This document shows, one piece after another, positions 1 through 12,620 of a stretch of 64,000 nucleotides of DNA. Numbering within the stretch: the first letter of the stretch is position 1; every line of letters begins with the position of its first letter. This DNA is from Neocallimastix sp. 'constans' (taxonomy: Eukaryota). A model generated the notes under the pieces. That model did not search any database. It had not been told where the DNA came from and worked only from the letters and a program-made list of their open reading frames with translations. The position numbers and the translations under genes were made by a program. The stretch lies in NCBI GenBank assembly GCA_050613775.1, contig JBODTK010000013.1:744001-808000 (forward strand), given 5' to 3'.

Positions 1-2016
1 TATTATTATTTTGTTTAGTTACTATCATTAATTTACTATTTTCATTATTTATATTTAAATCTTTATTTTCATCATTTGTACTATTTTCATTTTTATTATT
101 GTTTAATTCTGACTTTGTGTTATTATTATTATCTTCATTTTCATTAACTTGAATTACTACTGAACATTCATCAGCTGTTGAATCGTCAGCATTTTCTATC
201 ATAATATTGATTGAATCATATCTACTTGCTTCATTATATTGAATTGTATGAGGCATTTGTTGTATTTGATATATGCTACTTTTTGTTTTAACAGCATTTT
301 TACTCATTCTATTCTTACTTCTAACATTCATATTTGAAATATCAATTGATATATTACCATCAGTTGGGGTTGTTAATGTCGCTGATATAGGTGAATCAGT
401 AGAATTTGAATTACTAAATGGTGATACTTGTGATATTTCTGATGATAATTCTGAATCAGGTGATTCAGTATTATGATCGAAATAATATTCACTTTTACTA
501 TGTGAATATGTACCTTTTTGAATAAAACTAATTCTTTTATTATCCAATAATGAATTCCTGTTTGATGATAATTCAGATTCTATTGGTAATATTATTAACG
601 ATCTATTATTACTAATTCTTTTTTGAACTGCATTTTTACCTTTTTTTCTTTTTATATTTTTAGATAATCTATTTAATTGTAAATTTTTTGAACTTCTTTT
701 AGAACTTGATTCTAAATCTTTTGTTTGGCTTTTATTAATTCTATGAGATGGGCTTGGATCAAATGATTTGAATGAAGTTTTCGAATATCTAAAAGATTCA
801 TCGTAGTTTTTAAATATTCGCGATACTTCCTTTGCTAGTTCTTCTTCAAGCATTAGTGATTCTGGTCTAATTTTTATTTCAGGTAAACAATTTGGATTTA
901 CTGATATTCTATTTTGCTTTGAATGTGGTCGATTACTCATTGGTAATAAATTATTTTTATTATTATTATTCATATTTTTATAATCAAACGTAATATTATT
1001 TTTTTTGTTATTATATAATATTGGACTTTTCTGGCAATAATCTTTATAATAATAATCATTTGATAAATTTAATGGATCGTCATTGTTTATTTTAGTTTGA
1101 TCATTTTCATTTAATGCATTCTTCATCAAGTTGAAATTACTTGATTCTCCTTTTTCTGTTATATCTTGCTCGTTGTCTAAACTACTATTTGACATTTCTG
1201 TTTCCAATTTATTTTTGTCTTTCACTGATTTTTCTTCATCCTTACTTTTTTCATTTTTATTGACCTTATTATTTTCTATTTCTTTTTGTTCTTTTTTTTT
1301 ATCTTGTTTTCTATGTATTACTGCGAAAACTATTGTACCAATAATTAATACAACTAGAACTAATATAAGAATAAAATAAATTACAAAACTATTATTATTT
1401 TCTGTTTGTTCATCCTCTCGCTTTTGGAAATTACCTAATTAATTTAAAATAGTATTTTAATTTAATAAAAAAAAAAGTACGATTTTATAATATTTTATTT
1501 TATTTTTAATGTATTATAATATTTAACTTAACTATATATAATTGTACTATCTTCAAAACATTTATTTAAATCATTTATTTGATAATATTTAATATTTTCA
1601 ATATTACTTGTAATATAATTGTACATATTCATTATATTATATTGATTTTCTTCATTATAATGGCATTTAATAAATTGAATACCATTTGAAAATTTGAAAT
1701 ATTCATTTATATTAGAAAACTCTACAATAGCAGTAACTTTATTTTTTTTTATAATGTTATCACTAAACTCATTTAAATCAACATAATAATCATTTTTCTT
1801 TTTGCAAATTATTCGTTTTAAATACTTTATTTTATGTTCATAAGGTAACCTTTATAATAGAATATGTATAAAAAAATGATGATTTAACATTTTAAATTAT
1901 ACTTTATTGATATTTTGTCAATATTAAATATTTACTAACTTTAAACTGTTTGATTCAATATCAATAGCAGTAAAATTATTATTTGAAATACATTTAATTA
2001 GTATATTACTATTCAT
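1..2016 (-). CDS. Uncharacterised single-pass membrane protein with long low-complexity tail; runs off the window start; true start codon uncertain
   Basis: Minus-strand open frame from AG acceptor at ~1434 to base 1: SNFQKREDEQTENNNSFVIYFILILVLVVIIIGTIVFAVIHRKQDKKK (hydrophobic helix followed by basic residues), then S/N/K-rich tail. Upstream exons at ~1608-1849 and ~1941-2016 are bounded by GT/AG; the phase into the 1434 exon was checked and is compatible. Confidence 0.6.
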
Positions 2017-2640
2017 TTCTTTTTATAAATAATAATATTTAGCCTTAACTAAATAGTATAAACAAAATATTCAGTCTCAACTAGATAGCAATAATGAAAT
2101 ATTCATATTGTATAATTATAAATTTCGAAATTAAAATATCAAATTTAAATTACCAATAAAAATAATTTTATTATATTTAATTTTATTTAAATTTTTTTTT
2201 TTAAAAATTTTTTTTTTTTTTTTCAATTAATTTATTTAATTAAGGTCTTAAATTGAAGAATATTTATTATATATATATATATATATATATATATTTTTAT
2301 TATTTCATTTTATTTTACTTTATTTTATTTTATAATTTTTTTTTTTTCTTTTTGAAAAACGAAAAATAAATAATTTAAAGATAAAGAATTAAAATATAAA
2401 ATTTTTGATAAAATCTTTAATTTTGTAAATGAATAATATATATATATATTTATATATAGATTACATTTTATAAATAATAAACTTTGTAATAAATATTTAA
2501 ATTTATGTCTCATATTTTAAATTGTATAATTTTAATAATATCATAATTGATTAAATAGTAATCAAAATTAAAAGAAATTAAATACTAAAGATTATATACA
2601 ATAATTTTTAAATTCTATTTATCTAAATAATAATATTAAT

Positions 2641-5600
2641 TTATTCCTCTTCGTCATCGTCATCCTCTTCTTCTCTTGGTTCATACATTAATGACTTATC
2701 ATATAAATCATCCTCACTATATTTAGGTTGATTTTCATTATTCTCTAAATTTTCAATAAAATCTATAATAGGATCTACTGGTTTAAACGTAAATGTTTTT
2801 TTTTGATAATGTTTAATTTCATTAATAATTCTTGCTGCTTTTCTTCTTTTTTCAAAATTTAAATTACTATTTTTATCTAAATAATCATTATTTCCTAGTT
2901 CTACAAACGTTAAATCAGTAAAATATACACCTACAATTAAAAATTAATTTCAAAAAAAAAAAAAAAAAAAAGTCAATGACTTATTAATTTTTTACCAATA
3001 TTATTATTAAGAAAATTAATAAAATATAATAATAAATAAATAAATAAATAAATAATGATAATAATTATAAAAAATACTATTTTATAATTATTGAAATTAC
3101 CTAAGAATGGCATAATTGCTTCATTTTTATCATCCAGTTCTTTAAGTTTCTTTCTATAATTAGAATATTGACCTTTAGGACTTACTATATCAGAAACTAA
3201 TGTATAATTTTCATTTAATAATTTATTTTTATCTCTAAATTCCTATATGATTAGAAACAATTTTATAAATACAATTAGATTTAAAATAAATATATAAAAA
3301 TTTTTATATTATATAAAGAAGAAAAAGTATTTATTTACTCTCCATGTTTTATGTAAACGAAATACAGGACCCATGGACAAACCTGCAACGACTGCTGTAG
3401 CACCATTAAAGTTATTAATTTTATAACATTCCTATAATTATTTAAATATTTTAATATTAACTTTTTTTAAATGTCTATTAAAATAATTAATACAAACATA
3501 AGCAAGCTGAGTAAAGTATCTTAATGTCTTTTCTCTATCCTTTAAAACTTCAGAATTTAATATACAACTTGCAACCCATGTTGTTAGCTTTAAAAATAAA
3601 CAATAAATGGTTAATAAATATAATATTAGTGCGTAAATAAATATTTAATAATTAAATTTTAAATGCTTACTGTATTTGTATGCTTAATCATTCTAGTGAC
3701 ATTAGGATATTCTATAAGTTCACTGCTAGAATTATTCTTTTGGTCCTTGTTTTTATTATCATTATTATTCTTATTATTTTTATTATCTTTGCTTTTATTA
3801 TAACTATCAATTTCCTTTTGTCTTTTTGATCCCCATATCTGATCAAGGCATTCAGTTCCAGTAACCAACTTATAATATTTACTTTCAATTAATGTTAATT
3901 GTTTTGCAAATTCTTTTTCCGGAATTAAAAATATATAATTACTATCATTTTTCAATAAATTATCTAATTTACTTAATTCATTCATAGTTATGTGTTTTGG
4001 AAGAAGTGGTTCTTCATTTGATACACTTATAATATCATTTTTTATCTTTGGAGGACTCTTTTAAATATATATATATATATATATACAAACATAAATATAT
4101 CAATAAAAGATATTAATTTCAATAACTAATTTTCCATAGTTTTAAAATTTTAACAATTACCGTATTATCTGTAAATGTTAATTTATTTTTATATGGTTTT
4201 AATTCATCTTTACTAGCTTCGTATGCAAAACTATAATATTGTTCAATTAATTTATCATTCAAACAAATATCCTCATCTTTATATGTTTTAATCCATTTAT
4301 CTATTATATTAAGAATACTTTTATTTAAATTTATAATATTAATTATAATTTTTATTAAGATATAATATTATAATTATATTAAATGATTTTTACCGTATTT
4401 TAGTAGGAATTATTTTTTCATTTTTATAGAGTTCAAATTCATCAACATTATCAATATCAATATTTGAAGGTGGTTGAAGATTTTCATATGTTTTTTTTTT
4501 ATAGGAATAATGACTTTTTATGTTTCAATAATATTTTTCAATTTATATATATATAATTAATTTATATAATAAATAGTATAAAAAGGATATCTATTTGTTA
4601 ATTTTTTATAAAGAGATTCTGATGAATCTAAAGAATGATGAGTCATTATAAAATCATCTTCAAAATGTTCATCAATATTAAATCCATTAACAATAAAAAA
4701 TTTTTCATCTATAAATATTTATTAATATATTTTATTAATATTATAATTTTTGTATTAATGTATTATTTACAATAATGATAAATACCATTTGGCCATGTTA
4801 AGCATTCAATTAATTTCATAAGTTTTCCTCCTTTAATGACCAATTTTGTAGAATTTTCTGGACGTTCATATATTAGATCAGTTAGATCTTCTCTAAGTAA
4901 CTCTTTACTTTTATCATTTGATATATCTAAGTTGGAACCATTAGCCTAAAGAATCATTTAATAAAAAGTTTAAAAAATATAAATTAATATATATAATAAT
5001 ATTATTATTATTATTTTAATTTAAAGTGATATTAATATACTTTTTTAGAACTCTTTCCAATAAATCTGAATCCTTTTCTTTGTTGACCAAAATTCTTTTG
5101 TTTTGATTTATTAACCATTTTTTGTATTTTTTCTGATGCTTTTTTAGTGATAAGTCCCATTAATTTTATTTTTATCATACATGGTGATAATATATTAATT
5201 AAATCACCACGTATTTGTTCATCATCAAATATTTGTTCATTTTCATTTGAATTTTTATTTATAAATAGATTATCTATTTTCTCTTCTTGGTCCTTAATTT
5301 CATTTATTTGTATACTAAAAATATCTTTTAATGGGATTTTTACACATTTCTTTAAAAATTCAATTCCTTCTTCAGTAATATTCTTTGTTTGTATAATTAT
5401 AATATTTATATCTTCTTGTGAAAATATTTCTTTTTCAGAATAATTATTCAAATACTTATTATTTTTAATATCATATATCAATATATCAATTTTTTCTCTA
5501 ATATTATTAATTATCTTACTAATACTTTGATTTGAATGCATAAATGATTGAAACAATTCATTAGAAGCACTTTCAATATGATAAATATGATCATCAATTA

Positions 5601-8472
5601 ATTTACTAAATTCAAGTTGATTATCATCACTCTCAGTGTTAAAGTCTTCAACTGATAATGCTAATTCATTCTTCTTTGAATTAATATTCTTTCCATAATT
5701 TTTTAAGTTATTTAATTGTTGATATGTTTGGAAATCGGTAACATTTTCATTTTCAAAGTTTTCTTCAATTTTATAATCAAACTATTCATATAATTATTTT
5801 TTTTAAAAAAAAAAAAATTTTTAATAACTATATTTCTAAAATATAATTAATTAATTAATTAAATTATTATTTTTAAATTTACAGTTAGTTCTGTATCTAT
5901 TTTTGGGAAATATCCTGTGGCATTAGCTAATTTAGTTAGATAGAAAGTTTCTTTAACTAAAACAATTATTTTATCTACCATATCATGTGATGCATTCATT
6001 GGTGGTAAACAACCAAGAGAAAGCATAGTTCCATAATAAAAATTATGTAAATCATTATCAGAAACTCTTATTATCATATCTTTTATTTTTGCAATTAATA
6101 ATGTATTATTAAATAATGAGTAATTATTTACTACTTTTTTATTTTCAGCATTGTATGTCACAACAACTTTTGATACTTCTTTGGTGAATATACCTATATA
6201 ATATTCTATTTTTTTGTATATATATATATATTGAGATTTTTCATTCTTATTTACTAATTCAATAAGTTGAAAAGCGCACCGAAGAATATTAAACCACATT
6301 GTATCAAGTTCTGTACCATATAAAGGAATTAATTGAATTAATTCATGAACTGTTGGTGAAAAATAGCAATTTCCAATAGTTTCCTGAAAATTAAAATTAT
6401 AATATTTTTACCATAAATAAATGTATTAATTAATGATAATATTAACATTATCAATATAATTATAATTTAACCAGATATTTTTTATTTTATTTTATAATAA
6501 ATTTATATAATTTTCTCTATTAAAAAAAAAATATTGTAATTTAAAAGATCTAATATATATAGAAAAAAATAAATATATATTTTTATATTACTTCAATATA
6601 CGAATATTTATTTTTTATTTGTTGATTTCTATCTATATATATGCTTTCATTTGAAAGTAATGATGAGTTATTCTTTTTAATTATTGAACTACTTATAACA
6701 TGTTTCATTTCAGGATTTTCAGATTTTATTATATAATGCTGATATATTGACTGCATATCTTTAATATTTTTTTTTTCTTTTTTACTATAATTATTTATTT
6801 TTTTTGACATTTCTTTTGATTGTTTAACTTTTAAATCAGATAATATAGAAGTAGCCGCACTTCCATTATCCATTAAAATACTTTCAATGAAATTTTCATC
6901 CACCATCCAATGATTATGACTTTTTTCCAGAATTTTCATAAAGAAAGCACCATCTGAAATCCATGAAATGTCTTCATCAAATTCGGCATCTCTTTTTAAT
7001 AATTCATTTACTACATCAAATCTATATTTTAAGGTTGCTACAATTAATGCTGTTGTATTTCCTGGACCAACTTTTTTATTAATATTAGCACCAAGATTTA
7101 TTAATGTAATAACTGTTTCTTTTGATCCATTGTATGCTGCTGCAATTAATGGTGTAATTACAGCATGTGCTTTTCCATGACCATATACTTTATTTACATC
7201 TGCTCCATTTTTAACTAAACATTCACAAACTTTACTATGACCTTTTAAAGAAGCCCATACTAAAGCGGTGTATCCTAACTTATCCACAGCATTAACATTC
7301 GCCTTTTTTCCAATTAAATATTCAACTATTTTAAGGTGACCATTATAACTTGCTTTCATTAATGATGTTGCTCCATTTTCATCAGCTTCTTCTATTTTAT
7401 CAGAATCTAATAAAGAATAAATATTATCTTTATAAATTCCTAAATAAGCCATATTAAAAGCTGTAAGATAATACTTTGGAAAATATTTTTTATGATGTTG
7501 AAAATTCTTTTGTCGTTCATACTTATTACTGAAATTTGTATATATTGAATTGTTTTCATTGTTAAAATTTTCATTTTGATTTACCTTGTTTGAAATACTA
7601 CTTCTATTAGACTTTGATTTTCCATCTACTTGAGAATTGGAAATTTGTGTGGGTATATTAAATCCTTCCATATCATCATAATTTAAAGAAAAAAGCAATT
7701 TATTTCCTTTTTGTTTTTTAGATTTTCCCTTAACTGTACTGTTATTATTTGTATTATTGTTTTCATTTTGTGTTTCTTCATTTTTTGATGAATAATTTGA
7801 AACTATGTTCATATATGTTGCATTTTCATGCATTAATAAAATTTTATATATATCAGGATATTCCATTATTTTTGCAATCATTCTTGGCTTGACATTTCCC
7901 TGATTTCGTACATTTGGATTTGCTCCTTTCAATAAAAGTAATGATACAAGTTCATAATCATTTTGAATTGTAGCTAAATGAAGTGCAGTATTACCATAAT
8001 CATCTAGTGGGGTATCAATTCCATTTAACATTAAATTCCATGATTTTTTAATATTTTTTTTTAAATAATTTTCATTTAGATCCTATATATTATAATAAAT
8101 AAAAATATGTATAAAAAACAAAATTAAAAAAAAAAAATATTTTTTTAATGATTAAAAATAAAAATAATAATATTAATAAGTTCTTATTTTTTTTTATTAT
8201 TATTATTATTAAAAAATTACAAGACAAGTATTAAATAATTTTTGTCCTTGAAAAATTTCTTTATCCATTCCATATTTTGGAACTTTGATAGTATTTACAT
8301 CTTTTTTATATTCATATTCAATTTTATTATTCCTATTAGAAATATCAAAATTGGTATATCGATAATTATATTTAAATCTGTTATTATAAAAATAAGATAA
8401 AATTAACATAATAGCTATTATTATTTACCTTTTTATATCATTTTCTACCTTCTTTGTTTTTAATATATTCAT
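2641..8472 (-). CDS. Ras guanine-nucleotide exchange factor with N-terminal ankyrin repeats, REM domain and CDC25-type catalytic domain (multi-exon)
   Basis: ATG at 8472 (MNILKTKKVENDIK|intron). Ankyrin motifs GNTALHLA, GATSLMKAS, GYTALVWAS, TPLIAAA in the 6583-8031 ORF. REM-like LKGGKLMKLIECLT and KIRILNIIDKWIK. CDC25 motifs EFAKQLTLIE, LTTWVASCIL, INNFNGATAVVAGLSMGPVFRLHKTW, PFLGVYFTDLTFVELGN, NFEKRRK. Stop TAA at 2641. Confidence 0.9.
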
Positions 8473-9152
8473 TATTTATTTTAGTCAGTATATAAATATA
8501 TGATATATAAAAAAAATTATATATATATTATATTCTATTTATTTAAATTATTAAAATACATATATGAATTTTAAATTAATTCTATTATTAATTAAAAATT
8601 ATATATATATATATAAAAAAATAAAATAAAATAAAATAAAATAAAATAACATAAAATAAAATAAAATAAAACAAAAAATTAAAATAAAATAAAATAAAAA
8701 TTATGTAAAATTAAAACAAAATGTAAAAATTCTATATATTATTCAAATTTTAAAATAATAAAGCTTAAATATTATATTATTGAAATTTATATTATATGAT
8801 TATTATATATAAAATACATAATATAAATTATAAATATTCCTTTTCTAATTATAATAAAATTAAATTTAAATTTATTTAGTTTTTAAATTTTTTATTTATT
8901 ATTTATTTATTAATACAAATACAAATTTTATTAATGTTTATAAACATATTGCATATTTAATTTATCAATAAAGTATTTATATTTATAAATATGACAAATG
9001 ATTTTATAATAATTTATATATATTTTTTTAAAATCATTTTTCATTTTTTTCATTATCAATCTTTTAATTATATTTATATTAATTATTTTCATTAACAAAA
9101 AAATATAAAATTATTAATAATAATTTTTTTTTTCAATTTATTATACAAAAAC

Positions 9153-9664
9153 TTATTGTTGAACTAATTTATTTTTGAAATCATTTATTGATATTTTCTT
9201 ATTTTTCCTTTCAAATTCATTCAGAAATTCTTTAATTTCTTCAGGTTTCAATAATTTTCCTAAAGTTTTCATACAATGAACAAATTCTTTTTCATTTAAA
9301 TTTCCATTACCATCTTCGAAAAGTGATAATGCTTCTTTTATTTCATCCTCAGAATTATTATTATTTATTTTTCTTCCAATCAATACTATAAAATTTTCCA
9401 AATTCAACTTATTATTATATTTTGTTGTTATTTCAACTATATCTGAATCTTTTGGAACATATCCTAACGATCTCACAGCATCACAAAAAACTGTAGCGCT
9501 TATTTCATTATCACTATCTTTATCATAAAATTTATATACTTCTTCAAATTTTTTTATTTGACATTCCGACAAAACTTCAGTCTATATATTTATATTTAAA
9601 ATAATATATAAAAAAAAATTAGAAGAAATTTTTATTAAAAATATAGTATATTTTTAATTACCAT
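9153..9664 (-). CDS. Calmodulin-like EF-hand protein with degenerate Ca2+ loops, probably a myosin light chain
   Basis: ATG-only first exon (9662-9664) followed by GTAATT donor; second exon 9581-9153 gives MTEVLSECQIKKFEEVYKFYDKDSDNEISATVFCDAVRSLGYVPKDSDI...EDEIKEALSLFEDGNGNLNEKEFVHCMKTLG, a four-EF-hand calmodulin/ELC layout of ~143 aa. Confidence 0.8.
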
Positions 9665-10327
9665 TGTTATTACTATTATTTTTTCTTTTTTTTTTTTTTT
9701 TTTTTTTTTGCTATTAAATATTAAAAATTAAAAAATGAAATTATTATATTTTAAAAAGAATCAATTTAAATTTTACATATATATATATATATAAAAATTA
9801 TAAAATTTATGAATTAAGAATTATATAACTTAATTTATACTATTAACAATATTTTAATTTATGATTTTAAAATAAAAATATAAATATTTTATTCAAAATA
9901 TGTCCAAATAATAATTTATAAAAAAATTTTTTAAAAAAAAATAAGCTATATTAATTACATATAAATATATGTATATAAAAGAATATAAAGAATAAAAGAA
10001 AAATTAAAACAATTATTTTATATATATTAATATTAATACTATCTCAACATTGATTATTTAATTATTCTTTTTTGTTTAAAGTTTATTTTTAAAATACTAT
10101 TAATCATTTATATTTATTTTTATTTAATAGCCATTATTATTATTATTATTATTATTAGTAATAGTAGTAGTAGTACAAGTATTTTTATAATTATATACTA
10201 ATATTATTATTAGTAGTATTATTATTTACAAATATTACTAGTTTTATTAGTGTTAGTATTATTTCTATTATTAGTATTATAATCACAATTATAACATTAT
10301 ATTATTACTATTATTTATTATTTATTA

Positions 10328-10590
10328 ATGTATTATTATTTATTACTATTATTATTTATTATTTATTTCTATTATTATTTATTACTTATTATTTATTATT
10401 TATTATTTATTATTTATTATTTATTATTTATTATTTATTATTTATTATTTATTATTTATTATTTATTATTTATTATTTATTATTTATTATTTATTATTTA
10501 TTATTTATTATTTATTATTTATTATTTATTATTTATTATTTATTATTTATTATTTATTATTTATTATTTATTATTTATTATTTATTACTA
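10328..10590. repeat. (TTATTTA)n heptamer microsatellite; further arrays at ~33040-33270, ~43800-43920 and, inverted, ~51880-52200
   Basis: Directly visible tandem repeat; produces the spurious YYLLFII ORF. Confidence 0.95.
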
Positions 10591-11489
10591 TTAATCTTTA
10601 TTACTATTTTATTATTAATATTAATAATAAATTTTTATCTGTAATTTAAAAAATTTAAAATATAAAAAAAATACATACATATATAATAAAATATATCATA
10701 AATGAAACATTTTCCATATTTAAGAAAAAAAAAAAAAAAAAAAAAAAATTTTCTCCTTTTTCTTAATTAATTTTATCTTTATATAGCAATATTATTACAT
10801 TTGAAAGTTTAATCCTTAAAAAAATTATTTTATTTTTAAAGAGTAATATAAATTTATAATTAAACTTTTTTTATTTTTTGATAATTTTTGATAATAGAAA
10901 AAACAAAAATAAAATAAAATAAAACATAAAATCTTATTCAATAATATGATGACGCTAAAAAGTTTCAATTATTTATTAATTAAAATTCATTCTAATAAAT
11001 TTTATTAAAATTAAAATTTTATATAAAGAGTCAATTCTTCATGTAAATTCAAGATTTAAAATTTTTATATTTTATTATAATACGGATGAATTTTTTTTTT
11101 AAAAAATATTAGCACTTGGTCAATAGAAAAAAAATATCATTGGCTTTACAATAATATTTATATATTTATGTTTTTTAATTATTTTACATATGTATTAAAA
11201 AATAATGTTTTTTGATTTACTTTATTAAAAAGGATATTTTGTATTTTTCAATATTTTTATATAAAATATAATATGTATTAGAGTAATTAGTAATACTATT
11301 ATTTATTATTAAAATAATAAAATCTAAATATAAAAACAATTTTTAATTTTTGATAATTATTTAATTTAATAATAATATTAATCTTTTTGATTTTATTTTT
11401 AATAAAAATATAAGTATTAACAAATTTCAATTTAATAAAGTTTTAAAATAAAAATTTAAATTTATAATATTTTTAATAATAGTATAAAA

Positions 11490-11526
<37 letters not shown>

Positions 11527-12079
11527 TCATTTAATAACAAAAATATTATATATCAATCTATATATAAATTTATAATTAAAAATAAAATTAAAATTTTTTT
11601 AATTTTTATTTTTAAAAACTAAAATTTTCAAATAAATAAGTTTATGTTTTTATATTTTTAGTTTTACTTAACTTATAAAAGTTTTTAAAAACAAAGAAAA
11701 AAATATATAATTGAGAAAAAATTATATATTTTTTGTTAAAAAAAAAAAATAAAAAATAAAATACAAAAATTTTATAGACTGAAAATATAATAATATAACA
11801 AAGCAGAATTAATATACATTTTTTGATATACATAAATTAAAATAGATTTTGTTTATATATAATTATAAATATTATTTTATACTATTCTTTCAAAATTTAT
11901 TTGTAAAATGTAAATATATATTTATAATTATATATAAAATATTGTATTATTGATTTATATTTAAAAATTTTGATATAATTAAATTAAAAATGAAATTATT
12001 AATTTAAAGATAAAATTATATTATATTACATGAAAATATTAACAATATTACTAAAAAATTTTAATTATTAGAATCAAAA

Positions 12080-12583
12080 ATGAGTAATCCAGAAGATAAC
12101 TGGTCATCCAAAAATTACACTTGGGTAATTATTTTTTGATTTAATTTAAATATTATTTATATAAAATAAAGTAAAATTGTTGAAAAGAAAAGGATAAAAA
12201 TAGATATTAAGTATTTCTTTTATAAATAATAAATTTCAATAGATCGCAGATAAAGAAGAAGGTTATATTGCCGGTAGAATTATCTCTCAAGAAGGAGATA
12301 ATTTTGTAGTTGAATTGGATAATGGGGATGTAAGCATTAAAATACAATAGATCATTTTAAATCATATATTATAAAAAAAATTATTTAATAAAATTCCTAA
12401 ATTTTAAAATATTATATATCTATAGAAAAGAACAGTCCATGGAAATGACCTTCAAAAAATGAATCCACCAAAATTCGACAAAGTCGAAGATATGGCTGAT
12501 TTAACACATTTAAACGAAGCATCAGTTGTACATAATTTACGTCTTCGTTATCATTCAAATCTTATTTACGTATGTATAAAAAT

Positions 12584-12620
<37 letters not shown>

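Noticed and set aside
10328..10594. 88-aa YYLLFII ORF and similar poly-I/F/K/N ORFs (26141-26443, 49705-49902, 59802-59999, 62256-62820)
   Set aside because: Translations of microsatellites and homopolymers with no coding complexity.
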